Assembly: GCF_009834535.1 (NCBI RefSeq)
Contig: NC_045696.1
Coordinates: forward strand, 108,440,001 to 108,504,000
Source: Camelus ferus
Taxonomy: Eukaryota
DNA: 64,000 nt
Direction: 5' to 3'
Position numbers and translations under genes: made by a program. The notes beneath the pieces were generated by a model, which was not told the origin of the DNA, ran no database searches, and worked only from the letters and a program-made list of their open reading frames with translations. Below, in pieces: positions 26,298-38,670 of the stretch. Position 1 is the stretch's first letter, and every line of letters begins with the position of its first letter.

Positions 26298-27250
26298 TTA
26301 ATGTTTTATTGACGTCAGTGTGGTCTCATGAATATCTATTTTATACTTTGGTTTATAACCTAATACTACTACTTTATTTATTTTGTTGCTCAAACTGCTT
26401 TGCTTGGCCATTGTTCTTTAGCTGGTTCCTGTGTCTCTTTCGCATACCTTCATCATTGTGCATGTGTGTTTTTAAAGCCGTTCCTTATTGCAAGATGTGC
26501 AAGGCTCATCTGGTGTATTTCCCACCCCAGTCCTAGAATCAGCCTTTTCTCTAAGGAGTCCCATTCCTTTCACTAGAGAATAGTACAAACCAAGGTATAG
26601 GTTCCAGGTGTGCTCATCTGCACTGGAAAGTCATTGCTTCTAGACCCTGTTAGCTGACAGAGCGAGGAATATATATGTGTATATGAACCCATGTGTAAAC
26701 ACATGGATGTAAATGTTTCCATATATAACCACCTGAATCTATATGAAGCTAAACGTGAGTTGATATTGATGTCTTCAGCTATAATCCAGCACCACCACAT
26801 GGATCTTTCTAGCTTCCTCCTTTGCTTATCCATAAAATTTTACTCTGACAGTGAGAACCCTGGCTCCCACCCACCATCCATCATCCACTTACTTAATTGT
26901 TCAGTTCCAGTCTAGTGTTTCCAGAATTGTTAACCTGTACCTCATGCGAAACAACTTTATCAACTACAGCCCAGTGTTGGAGTACAGGTCCCTTTGCTTT
27001 TAGTCTTATAGATTCTTCTCATTTCCAAAGTTGCCTAGATGAGCACACTTCCCCGCAGTCTCTTCAGTGAGGTTGTTCCATGCATCCATCATACAATCAG
27101 CTTATTTTGTTCTACTCTACTCTCCATTCTAGGGCTCCCTTAATCTCCTAAATGATTTTTTAAAAATTTGCATATGTTAAGGTTTACTCTTCACGCTGTA
27201 AAGTTCTATGGGTCTTGGCAAATGTATAGTGTCCTACAGCTGCCATTACA

Positions 27251-28123
27251 TGTGTTTTGGTTTGTTTGGGGGGCAGGAGGCAAATTATGCTCAGAGACTG
27301 AGATTGTCTTTGCCAATATTCTATTTAACACAGGCTCACTGTGAGAATTATAATAATTTCATAAGCCAATAGCACACAGAAGAATGTCTCTTAATAAGCC
27401 AGTAAATAACATACTCCAAACAAAGTCTAGCTTAATTACACTGTTGTCCCAAGCAAGGGGAAATGAAAGAATAAAGTCCAAATTCAGGGAAGGTTTACCT
27501 TTTCTAGAGTTTTCATTGCTCTAGCGAGAAGGCTTTGCTGAAGTCCTGGTACCAGCACAAAAATAAAGTCCTTTGTCGCTAGAGCACATTGCTAGGGAAG
27601 GATGGTGTTGGTTGACTGGCTGAGCTTCGCAGGCGGTGTTGGCAAGTTTTGTCACCACCTCCAGTAAAGGAGTCACCTTGACGAGGGCAGGAGCCAGTGC
27701 CCCCTCTCCTGCTGGGACTGATATTAACACCACTGCCCACCGAAGAGTCACTTGACCACGGCAGGAGCAGGAGCAAGCATCTCAAGATCTTCAAAGGGCA
27801 GATCAGCAAAGGGTAATTTCCCGGAAAGACCAAAACTCTTGGCTATTCCTCACAAACTCAGCATTTACCATCTAAATGTTCCTTCTCCATAGTTGCTTCT
27901 TCGTCTGTTTTTATCGATAAGCCCCAGCAGGGCCCTCAGCAGCCGAGCTACTCAGTGCTTATCAGCAACAATAGATGACGGGATGACGTCTTGGCATAAC
28001 TTACTTCATTTTTATATCAAAACAACCTTACTTCTTGAAAAAACCCTTTGACTTCTAAAAACAACTTTTTTGGGGTCTTTGTCATAAACAAGTGGATTTG
28101 AAATCATGTCAAACCAGCACACA
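27251..28123. mobile_element. Unassigned LTR-like insertion (~870 bp), probably a solo ERVL-type LTR
   Basis: Interrupts the host L1; TG...CA termini; 14-bp imperfect inverted ends tgtgttttggtttg / caaaccagcacaca; possible degenerate 5-bp TSD ttaca/acaca. Confidence 0.6.
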
Positions 28124-28199
28124 ACACAGTATCATACACAATAGCTTCACTGAAGAAAAAGTAAAATAAAAAAAAGAAAAGAAAAGGAAAGGAAAAAAA

Positions 28200-28780
28200 A
28201 GGGTGCCTGCCAGGGCTTCTGTCTCTGGTGAAATTTCCACCAGACCCCTGCCCCTCCGGCACATGTCCTAAAATTAATCAGTAAATCTCCTTCTCATATG
28301 ACCCAGGTGCTTTTTAAGCCTCTGCCTTTGTACTAGGACTCGGAGAGTGAGTTTGTATGTGAATCTTTCAAGATTGGAGTCTTGGTTTTCCCACAGCCCT
28401 CTGGTTCTCCCAGATAGAAGCCCCACTGGCTTTTCAAAGTCAGGTGCAATGAAGACTCATCTTCCTGGTGTGGTTCCCCAGGTTGGCGACCCTCATGTGT
28501 GGCACGGACCCCTGGGTCTCTGGGGGAAGCCCTGCAGTTGTTACAACCCTCCTGCCTGCGGGTCCCCACACCAGGAGTCAGAGTTCTGACTATACCGCAT
28601 CTCTGCCCCTTCTATCCATCTGAGTGGCCTTTTCTTTGTATCTTTAGTTTGAGAAAATCTGTTCTGTTTGTCTTCAGGTCATTCTCAGATAACTGTTCTA
28701 TAGGTACCTGTAGCTTTGATTTGTCCATGGAAGAAGGTGAGTCCAGGTTCTTCCTGCTCTGCCATCTTGATCCAGAATCC
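28200..28780 (-). mobile_element. L1 5' UTR-only fragment (second copy)
   Basis: Minus strand begins GGATTCTGGATCAAGATGGCAGAGCAGGAAGAACCTGGACTCACC, is collinear with 11590-12170, and runs into a T-rich tract (the A-rich 28153-28200 on +). Confidence 0.7.
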
Positions 28781-29189
28781 TCATATATAAAAATTTTGTT
28801 AAAATATTGTGTCTATTTCTCTATTCCATTTTCTGTTCCATTCATAGATTTTCCAGATGTGTCAACAGCACACTGTTTAATTATTCTACATTTAGAAAAT
28901 ATTTTAACATTTCTAAGACTGATTTTTCCTCATTTTTATTTTTCAGAATTTTCTTAGGGATTCTCACATGGTTATTTTTTCATATAGATATATGATTCAA
29001 CTTATTCTACTTCAAAAAATAATCTATCAGCTTTATAGGGATCAAAATTAAATATAGATATTAAATTAAGACAAAGTGAACAATTTATAATATTGATTTT
29101 TCTATCCTGTAATATAATAGCCTTTCCATGATTAAAAACTTCCTTTGTGTGTCTCAATAGTGTTTTAAAAGTTACCCTTATAACAATGT

Positions 29190-32100
29190 TCTTCAATAAC
29201 ACATTAAATGCAAATGGTGTTACCATCCTAATTACACAGTAGATTTTTCAAATTGGATGAGAAATAAGGTCCAAGTACTTGCTGTCTATAAGAAATGCTG
29301 TTTAAATATAAAGACATAAGTAGATTAAAAATGAAAGGATGGGAAATGATGCTCTGACGTTAGTCAGAGTAAAGAATGTGACCAGAGATAAAGAAGGACA
29401 TTTCATGGTAAGAAAAGAATAAATGCATCAAGAGAACATAACAAAATTAAATGTTTATTCCTCAAATAACAGAGCTTCGAAATGCACAAAACTGACAAAC
29501 TACAAAAATAAATAAATCAAATAATTATTGTTGGAAGTTTCAACATTCCTCTATTAATGATTGACAGAACAAGCAGACAGAATACTAGAAATGGAAGACT
29601 TGCACAGCCATACCAGCCAGCATAGCCTACTTTATGTTTATAGTGTACTCATCCAACAACAGTGTAGCACATCTTTTTTCAATGCACATGATCTATTTAC
29701 CAAGATAGAACGTATTATGAGCCATAAAATAGATCTCAATACATTTAAAAGGATTGAAGTGATTCAAAGTTTACCCTTTGACCAAAACCAAAATTACATT
29801 AGAATCAGCAGAAGAACAATATCTAGAATGTTCCCAAATACTTGAAAGTAAATAGCACACTTTCAAATAGCTTACAGATCAAAGAAAAAAATCAAAAGGA
29901 AAATTAGTAAATATTTGGAACTTAAAAAAAAAAAGGAAAGAAAAGATAAGATTCCCAAATCAGCATCCATCTCTAGAAATTAGAAAAAGAAGAGTAAATT
30001 AAATTCACGTAGAAGAAAGAAAACAATAAAGATCTGAGTGGAAGTCAATGGAATAGAAAACAGGAAAACAGAGAAAGTCAATAAAAACAAAAATTTTTTT
30101 CAGAAGATCAAAAAAACTGATAGATCTCTAACCAAACAGATTATGAGAAAGACAGAGAAGACACCAGTTATCAATGTCAGGAATGAAATATGCAGCAAAA
30201 TAGATTCTACAGCCATAAAAAATTTTAAGAAAACATTAGAAATAGTTTTATAGAAACCAAATTTTAAAATCTTAGATGAAATGGCAAACTTCCTTGAAAC
30301 ACACAAACTGTCGAAGCTTTTCCAAGAAACAGATAACCTGAAAAGCCCCTTATTATTGAAGAAATTGAATATGTAGCTAAAGCTTTTCCCACAAAGAACC
30401 CCAGGCTAGTTCACATCAGTGGGGAATTCTACCAAATGTAAGGAAGAAAAGTGCCAACTCTGCACAAACTCTTTTTGAAAATTTCAGAGGAAGGAAACCT
30501 TCCTAAATTTATGTGGCCAGCACTACACGAATACTAAAACCAAAGACATTACAACAAAAGTAACCAGCAGGTTAATATTCTTAATGAACATTGATGCAAA
30601 GCTTTTGATAAAACTTTAGCAACCTGGATGCATAAAAAGGATAATAGATAGTTTATGGCAGGAATATGAGGCTGGTTTGGCAGTAGACTATTAATTGATA
30701 CAATTCCCCATAGTATAACCTTAAAAAGAGAAAAATGTGATCATCTCAACAGATGCAGAAAAAAGCATTCAACAAAATTCAGTAACTATTCATCAAACTA
30801 GGGAAGGAAGTGAACTCCCTCAGTGTAAAAAGGGGCATCTAGAAAAACCCTACAGTTAACACCGTATTTAGTGTGGAAGACTGAATGTTTTTCTCTAAGA
30901 TCACGAACAAGGCAAGGAGGTCAGCTCTCATCTCATCATTTCTTCATTTTACTGAAGGTTCTGGTCAGCAAGGGAAGAAAAAAAAAGAATGAATAAAAGA
31001 AAAGGCATCTAGATTGGAAAGGGAGGGATAAAACTATCTTTATTTGCAGATAACATGAGTGTCTATGTCAAAAATCCTAATGGATGTACGAAGAAGCTTC
31101 TAGAATTAATAAGTAAATTTAGCAAAATCAATATAAAAATTAATTATATTTCTATATACTAGAGATGACCACTTGGAAATATCAAGTTTCACTTACAATA
31201 TGATCATAAACACAAAATATTAACAAAATGTATCCTAATATTTCTATGTTGAAACTATAAAACATTGATGAAAATTTATCAAAGAAGAACTAAATAAATG
31301 GAGAGTTATACTTATAAAACTATAAATTCATTGCAACCCATTCAAGATACCAGAAGTTCTTTTTGTAGAAATCAGAAAGCTTATTCTAAAATCTACATGG
31401 AAAAGTAAAGGAATTAAAATAGCTAGAACAATTTTTAAAAGAACACGGAGGGCCCTACCACATCATTTCAACACTTACCATAAAATACAGTAACTAACAT
31501 GGTGTAATATTTGTGAAAGGTTAGACATACTGATAAATGGAACAGAATAGAGATAGCAGAAATCAGTTCAAACATACATGTTCAGTTGATTTTCGCTAAA
31601 GTTCCCAATGTAATTTAATAGATAAAAGATAGTCTTCGGCAAACATTGGTGGTACAGTTGAATATCTGCAAGTAAAAAGAAAAAAACCAAAACCCAATAA
31701 CCTCAATTTGTACCTTGTACCACACACAAAAGCAACTAAAAATGGATCATAAGACTAATATAAAATGAAAAACTGTAAAACATAACACAGAAAACATGAA
31801 AGAGAATATTTTTACTTTCAGTTAAGCAAAGATTTATTAGAGAAGGCACAAATATCCAAACAACGAAATAAAAAAGATAAATTGAATTTAATTAAAATTT
31901 AAAAATTAGATTCTTTGAATGTTAAGAAAATAAAAAGATAAAACTGGAAGAAAATATCTGGGGGAAAAAATAAAGTCTGATAAAAGATGTCTATCCAGAA
32001 TATATAAAGAATTCTCTAAACTCAATAGGACAAAAGAAACCATTAAAGAATGGAAAAAAGTCTTGAACAGCTGCTTCACCAAATAAGACATACAAAATGA

Positions 32101-33022
32101 TAAATAAGCTTGAAAAGATGCTTGACATCACTAATCATTAGAGAAATGTAAATAAAAAGTATAATTGGGTTATCACTGAACACTTACTACAATGACTAAA
32201 ATTAAAACAAAAACAGAAACAATTCTACCACATCATGTGCAAAAATGTGAAGTTAACATTTTCAGCCATTGCTGCTAGAAATGAAAAATGATACAAATCA
32301 CTTAAGAAAACCACAGTCAATTTTTTTTATAGTTAAACATGAGCTCAAGAATCTACTTCAAAGTAATTACTCCGAAGAAATGAAAACATATGCTCACACA
32401 AAGACCTGTACATGGATGTTTATAGCATATTTATTCGTAATGGTAAAAAACTGGAAACAATCCAAATTTCCATCAACTGGTGAATGGATAAAGAAATCGT
32501 TATACATACAATGGAATACTACTCAGCATTAAAAATAAATGAACTACTCAGGGACGGTATAGCTCAGTGGTAGAGCATGTGCTTAGCATGCATGAGGTCC
32601 TGGGTTCAATCTCCAGTACCTCTATTAAATAAAGTAAACAAATAAAAAAAAAATACCTAATTACCTCCCCCCACCAAAATAAATAAATACGCAAACAAAC
32701 AATTGATACGTGCAATGCCATGGACAAATTCTCAAAAGCATTGTGCTAAGTGAAAGAAGCCAGACATGGATGGCTATCTTTTTTTTATGATTCCATTTAT
32801 ATGATGCTCTGGAAAAGGCAAAACTATGGAGATCAAATTCTGATCAGTGATCGCCAGGGGCTGAGGGTGGAGGGAAGAAATTGACAACAAGGGAGCACAA
32901 GGGAACTGTGGGGGATGATTAAATATTCTATATTGACTTTGGTATTGAGTCCATGACCGTACGTTTTGCAAAACTCATAGAACTGTACACCTCAAAAGGG
33001 TGAACTTTGTGTGAATTATACT
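29190..33022 (+). mobile_element. Old L1 (L1MB/MC-like), decayed ORF2 from endonuclease to 3' UTR
   Basis: EN-like start (acattaaatgcaaatggt), FTKIERIMSHK (~ FSKIDHILGHK), gatgcagaaaaagcattcaacaaaattc (~ DAEKAFDKI), ttatttgcagataacatg (~ LFADDM), KTCTWMFIAYLF...WKQSKFPSTGEWIKK; multiple stops. Confidence 0.9.
32550..32690 (+). mobile_element. Vic-1-like tRNA-derived SINE inserted in old L1
   Basis: A box tagctcagtgg, B box gggttcaatctcc, then an AT-rich tail with cctaattacctcccccc; homologous to 53444-53574. Confidence 0.85.
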
Positions 33023-33423
33023 TGTTGAGAGACAAGTCTCCATGGAGTTCTTGCATGTCTTATGGGTAAGGCAATGCTTGTCCTTTGTTCTGAACTATTT
33101 TTTCAAGAACGTTTGCATAGCAATAGCCTTGAGAGACAGAGATAGTGTCACCCTCAGGAGCAAAAGGCAAACTTTCTGTGGAGTAAATTCAGGATTCCTT
33201 TCCTGCAGTGCAACACACTGTACGTGCAGGGGGCATGTGGCCTGTGTCATGCTACTGGTGGGAACTGGGACTCAGGGAACTGGTCCCAAAGTTATGATAT
33301 TCTGGTTACTACTATGTCATGTCCAACCCAGGAGTCTGGTAGAAAGGCGTTGGTGAAAAAATGGCAGGATGACTTGTTAGTTTGCAAGTGGAGTAAAATC
33401 TCTGACCCTTCACTGTCTTGACA
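33023..33423 (+). mobile_element. LTR40-like ERVL 5' LTR
   Basis: TGTTGAGAGACAA...ctttgttctgaactatt...gagatagtgtcaccctcaggagcaaaaggca...gggaactgggactcagggaactgg...gtaaaatctctgacccttcactgtcttgACA matches my recollection of the LTR40 consensus end to end. Confidence 0.85.
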
Positions 33424-35480
33424 CTTTCAGCAAACACGTTGACCAAATGTCCTCCACTTCACTGCCTGTTAATGAGAAGGAATTGGGGAGGAACTGTGGA
33501 TCCAATGCTAGGAAATAGGTTCTAAGACAGCTGCCTGAACTGGGCCTTGGATATTGCAACTCCGCTCTAGCGAGGGGACTTCTTCACCAGTGCAGTGTCA
33601 GCTTCAAATTCACCCTATTGTAGCGACTATAACAGTAACAATGTTAAGACTTTTCCTGAGGGCAGCTAGCTAAAGGTTCTGTCTCTATTAAAGAACAGTT
33701 ACAAAAACACCCACGTATACTGAGAATAAAAGGAGGGAAGTTTGTGACCATAAGGCGCAGAAAAAGAAGACTCGATAGAGCTTTGGCCAATTCACTTGGG
33801 AGATGAAGGAGGTGGGATGCAGAATGCTTGTTAAGGAAGAAAGGGAACAGCTGGTTCCTCCTGTGGCTCAGCCCCCTGCTGAGGTCTGTCGTGACAACTG
33901 TAGGTCCATTTGGAGGTGACAAAACAAAAGGTTCAGAGATTCCCTTTTTCTTACAGCAGGTTCTGAATGCAAGAAGGGAGTTTTCCCTTAAGCAGACAAA
34001 CTCCCCTGGGAAAACCTAAATGAGGTGTTGACTAGTATTCAGGGTCTCACTGCCCTGGATTGGATTTACAATAGTGCTGAAAATGACCCAGTGCAGAATG
34101 AGAAACTGACCCAAAGAAATCTAGATAAATGCTTGCTGTCAGCGCTGCCGCCCTGGAAAATTCCCCTAGCCCTTAATATATGGAGATCGAATAAGAATTT
34201 AGGAGGTGTTGTCTTAGTAATGGGAAACGATGCCCCAGATTAATGTGGGCTCCTCAGAAAAGGTAACCACTGTAGGAGCCAAGCCCAAGCCAGCCAGATG
34301 GCACACACCCCACGGCCCCAGCGGGAAATCAATATGGCTGTGACTGCTGAGTCAAGAGATTCCCAAGGATGAAATGGAGGGTGTCAGTCATGAGGACTTT
34401 GCCATTCCGTATAGCATTGGGTAGGCTGAAAACAATGCAAAACAAACAACTTCCATTGTTTGAGCTGAGCAGCTTCTGTACGGCTTAAAATGGAAAGTAA
34501 TTGTGCCTTGTTTACTGGTGTGGAGCCACTCTCTCAAGTCCCCTAGATTCATCTATCCCTCTCTATCTCAGTTACTTTAATGAGAAAGATGATTAGGCAT
34601 GGGGCTATCTCCTCCTGTCCCCAGAGGTACTGAAGGCAACATGCACCTGTCTGTATGTGCTGGGGAACTCCAGGGAGAGAAGAGATTAAAATTTGTAGGG
34701 CTCTGTTGGACACAGTTCCCCCAAGTCACCATCGTATCCATTGCCTGGATGTAGTTAATGGGGTTTGGCCAAGGTTTAGTTTGGGGGAAGGGAGTGAATG
34801 TGATTTTGTGGTTGCACCCTTTAGGCCAATTAAATGTACTATGGTTGTGGCTTCTGCTACTGAGCCTATAATTGATATTGATGTCTTACATGCATGTGTT
34901 GTGAATGCTCATAAGGTCCAGAGGAGAGTCTTCTGATCAGAAGAGAAGTGCTCACTGGACGCTTAGTATTTCCCCACGGGTGCCTAAACTGTGCTGTGAT
35001 TTGCCACCAGTGAATGAGTCAGATTTTAGCAAAAGTGTCTCTACTTCCCGATGTCCAAAGCTTTCACTACATAAATGATGTCCTGTTGGTTAGCAAGTCA
35101 GAAGCCTGGGTCTCTGAGGTTCTGACTGTAGGGTGATCACATCTCTGCCAGCAGGGGTGGCCAATAAACTGTGACAAAATTCAAGCCCTGCTCTCTGAGT
35201 CAAGTTTCTTGGGACTATGTGGATGGATTCACAATGTTCAAATACACCCCTCCTGAAAAGCACCTAGTGGCATGCTCTTGTGGAAAGTGAACTCCTGATC
35301 ATGAAGTCCTTGTGACTCAGGGTCAGTGATTAAAAATTTGGTGAGTGCCCCACGAATCTCACTTGTCAAATGGAAATAGTATATTCAAGTCCTCAGATAG
35401 GTTGGCCCAACAGGATCTTGGAGGTACATGAGAAAGTGGCAGCTATCTCTTTGGGAGAAGCTTCATCTCCTATTCTAGCA
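33424..35480 (+). mobile_element. ERVL (HERVL40-like) internal remnant: gag-pro-pol, decayed and deleted
   Basis: Protease-like ALLDTV (34700-34717) and EPIIDIDVL; RT-like HYINDVLL (35065-35088); GWPINCDKIQ and VKFLG; KWK*YIQ (~35367-35387). Confidence 0.78.
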
Positions 35481-37110
35481 CTTTGGAAAACTACTTGAAA
35501 GTACCTATTAGAGCAGTACATACAGATATCCTATGACCCAGCACTTTCACTTCTAGACATATACTAACAGAAATGCATACATGTGCTTATCGAAGGACAT
35601 GTACACCAAAAGGCATGTGTGAGGATATTCACAATAAAATTATAGTAGTCAAAAGCTGGAAATAACTCAAATATATAACTATAAAGTAAATAAGCAAATT
35701 GTGGTGTATTCATACAAATGAGTATTATACAGCTATTAAAATGAATGAATTAAATCACAAGAACATAAATGAATTTCACAAATGAAATCTGTGCAAAACA
35801 AATCAGGGACAGAATAATGCACACTATATTATTTCATTTATATAAAGTTCAAAATAATGCAAAACAGTCTTTTGTTTTAGAAGCCAGGAGATGGTTAACT
35901 GTTACTTTTGCAGAGCTGGGGCATAGTGACTAGGAGGGTACTTGATGCTAGTGGCTTTTTATTTCCTGATCTGAGTGGTGGTTACATGGGTGAGTCTGCT
36001 CTTGACTCATAATTTGGATAATTTTTCCTGTATATTATACTTTTATAAAAGTGAGTATTAAATAATCAGGTCCATTGAAAATAAAATGCTGAAAAGGCTG
36101 GCACAAATATGCAAACTAGTAAACTACACATCAGTTATATTTATTAATACAGAAGCAATGATCCCAAGTAAAATTATAACACATTAGATCGATCAGTAAA
36201 TTAAAAGCAAAACATGCCATGATGAAGTAGAATTTACTTCAGGAATTCAAGTCTGGTTCAATATATTATCTTCTTTGTAGATGCTAAAATGCATTTGAAA
36301 AAAATAAAATCTATTTAAAACGATAATTCTTAGTAAAACCAAGATAGAAACTCCCTTATTTGAATATCTATATGATAGCAGCTGCCAATATCACACTTCT
36401 TTGTGAAATAATAAAGGCATTTCTATTTAAATAAAAGAAATATAAATACATCTGCCAATACTATATTAAATGTTTTTCTACACATTCCAGACAATGCAAT
36501 AAGGCAGGAAAACAAATTAAGAACATCAGTGCCTTGGAATTAATATTCTCTTTTATTGTAGACTATATTATTATGTGTTTGAATAAAAAACAAATGAAAT
36601 GATAACTTCCATTGAAGAATTATTAAATAATAATAATAATGCCTGGCATGTTGGATATTTATAAAATATACATTAAAAATCAGAAAGTGTAATGAAAAAG
36701 ATTTCCTTGACTACAGCAAAACATAAATTATGGGAATTTTTAGCAAGAAATACACAGCACCTGTAAGAAGTACAAAATTTTGCTGTGGATTTTAAAAGAC
36801 TACTTGATGAAATGGAAAGGAATGCCATATTTGTCAATTAGAAGATGTATCTGGTAAAGATTTCCACTTTCTCATATTAATCTAATATTTAGAGCTATAC
36901 CAATAAACCAATATTTTGGAACTTCACAAAAACTATCTCATAATTCAACTGGAAAAATAAGCAGGTCAAAACAGTTACGTGATTATAAAAGTGAATAAGA
37001 AGGGATGACCCATGTTACACAACATTAAAATGTGTAATGAGGCTGCCATAATTAAGATAGTGCTGTCCTGGAATAAGAGTTGACAGACTAATGAAGCATC
37101 TCAGAAACAG
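35480..37110 (+). mobile_element. Old L1ME-like fragments (3' end, then decayed ORF2 piece)
   Basis: cctatgacccagcactttcacttctag; atttcatttatataaagttcaaaa; caggaattcaagtctggttcaatat; aatgcaataaggcagg. Confidence 0.7.
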
Positions 37111-37151
37111 ATATGTATACACACACACACACACATCTATTAATATAGTTT

Positions 37152-37335
37152 AAATTTGGGAGTTTGAGATTTGCAAATGTTAGTCATTATATATAAAAAT
37201 AGATTAAAAAAACTTCTGTGTAACACAGGGAACTATAGTCAATATCTTGTAGTAAACTTTAATGAAAGAATATGAAAACAAATATATGTATGTATAAGCA
37301 TGACTGGGACATTGTGCTGTATGCCAGAGAATGAA
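37152..37335 (+). mobile_element. Young camelid-type L1 3' UTR fragment
   Basis: tttgggagtttgagatttgcaaatg...catgactgggacattgtgctgtatgccaga; same family as 1-722. Confidence 0.8.
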
Positions 37336-37776
37336 ATAATTTTATTTATATATATATATATGTCATTATGTATATATGTTATAGGCAGCAAGGGAAATAA
37401 GCGGGGTATGAGTGACTTAGCCCCGTTATTCCCAACCATAGGCAACTTTCTGTTGTGCTCAATGCAGATACTTTGGTTATGTCTGTTCTAATAAAATAAG
37501 TATTATATTATATAGCCATCCTAATTCTTGCTTTACCTACTGAGCCCTGTGGTCTTAAAATCGATGCAAGCTGCTATGTGAAAATCTAGTCCTCCATTAC
37601 CTGGAACGCAAACACTCCACGATGTGCATTCACCACATTTTTGCTATCGACTTCCTCAGTGATGAGCACCCAGATGGCCTTGACTGCTTACCACCAGAAA
37701 ACTTCTGGTAGAGTCCCATGACATTAGTCAACTGAGCTGGGAGATTTGAAATCACTTATAGTGACTGCCTTGCCCT

Positions 37777-37782
<6 letters not shown>

Positions 37783-37823
<41 letters not shown>
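37783..37823. repeat. Perfect poly(T)41
   Basis: Read directly from the sequence. Confidence 0.95.
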
Positions 37824-37826
<3 letters not shown>

Positions 37827-38089
37827 GTTGAGGACTTGCACCTTCTCTTGGCCACGAGTTTTTCTTTTTCCGGTGTGAGACCATCTCCCTTGGCAGAGAT
37901 GCACCTGCCCTGTCTGGAAGCTGGGCCATACTTGGTGGGGATGGCTTCACTGTGTAGTCTGTGCCTACTGGCTGTGGTACTTCCCTTGTCTTCACGACTA
38001 GGCTCTGTGTCTCATTTGTGGTCAGCATCCCCACATCCACCTTTGCACACAGGGAAGCAAGGTAGGTTTTAGAAAACAATGTGTGTTTT

Positions 38090-38670
38090 AGGATCCATTC
38101 AATCAGGATTGGAATCCCATCTCTGCAACCCAGTACTTTAACCAAACCATGCCATCTTTCTAAGCTGCATCAGTTTTTACATCTAAGATTTTACATCAGT
38201 GAAGTGTTAATAATGATAGCTGGTGCCTTAGGGCATAATGAGGCTCAAACAGGACAGCACATGGAAAATCTACGTACTGTTCTTTGACTGCACCAGGCTT
38301 TTTCAAACACACCAGACCTTAGCTCCAGTGGCATTTGCTGGCAACACCCTTCCATCCTGGCTCACTCCCTTACCTCCTTCAAGTATTTCCTCAAATCCCA
38401 CCTTCTCAAGGAGGTCTGTCTCAGTCACCATAATTAAAATTGCAAACGACTCTTCTATTCTCCTACTTTTCCTTTTCCCACAGCACTTTGACCTTCAAAG
38501 ATGTTTATTTGTTTATGTTTATGTTTATTGTTACTTGTCTGTCTCCCCTTGCTAGATCCTGTTGAAGACCCAGCTCTGTTTTATTTACTGATGGCTCCTA
38601 AGCGCTTGAAATAGTGCCTGTTTCCAGGTGGCTTGATGTCACTACAGATCAAACATTTGTTGAATGACTA
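38090..38670 (+). mobile_element. MIR remnant followed by L2 3' end
   Basis: catcagtttttacatctaag (MIR core); cctcaaatcccaccttctcaaggagg and aaacatttgttgaatga (L2 end). Confidence 0.65.

Larger units (their letters stand above)
25230..28153 (-). mobile_element. L1MC/L1MD-type long 3' UTR interrupted by two younger insertions
   Basis: Characteristic 3' UTR motifs (ggtacagagtttccatacaccc, catttagtcatcacgtctccttag, aggtgtgctcatctgcactgg, ctgtaaagttctatggg). Sequence ...ccattaca (27250) resumes as gtatcatacacaatagcttcactg (~28129). Confidence 0.75.

Noticed and set aside
32551..32622. tRNA gene (Ala-like)
   Set aside because: Has A/B boxes but continues into a SINE tail, sits inside an L1, and has a TSD-flanked homolog at 53444-53574; it is a SINE.
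34655..34936. Functional or domesticated retroviral protease
   Set aside because: Catalytic DTG is DTV, the frame appears disrupted afterwards, and neighbouring pol motifs are broken.
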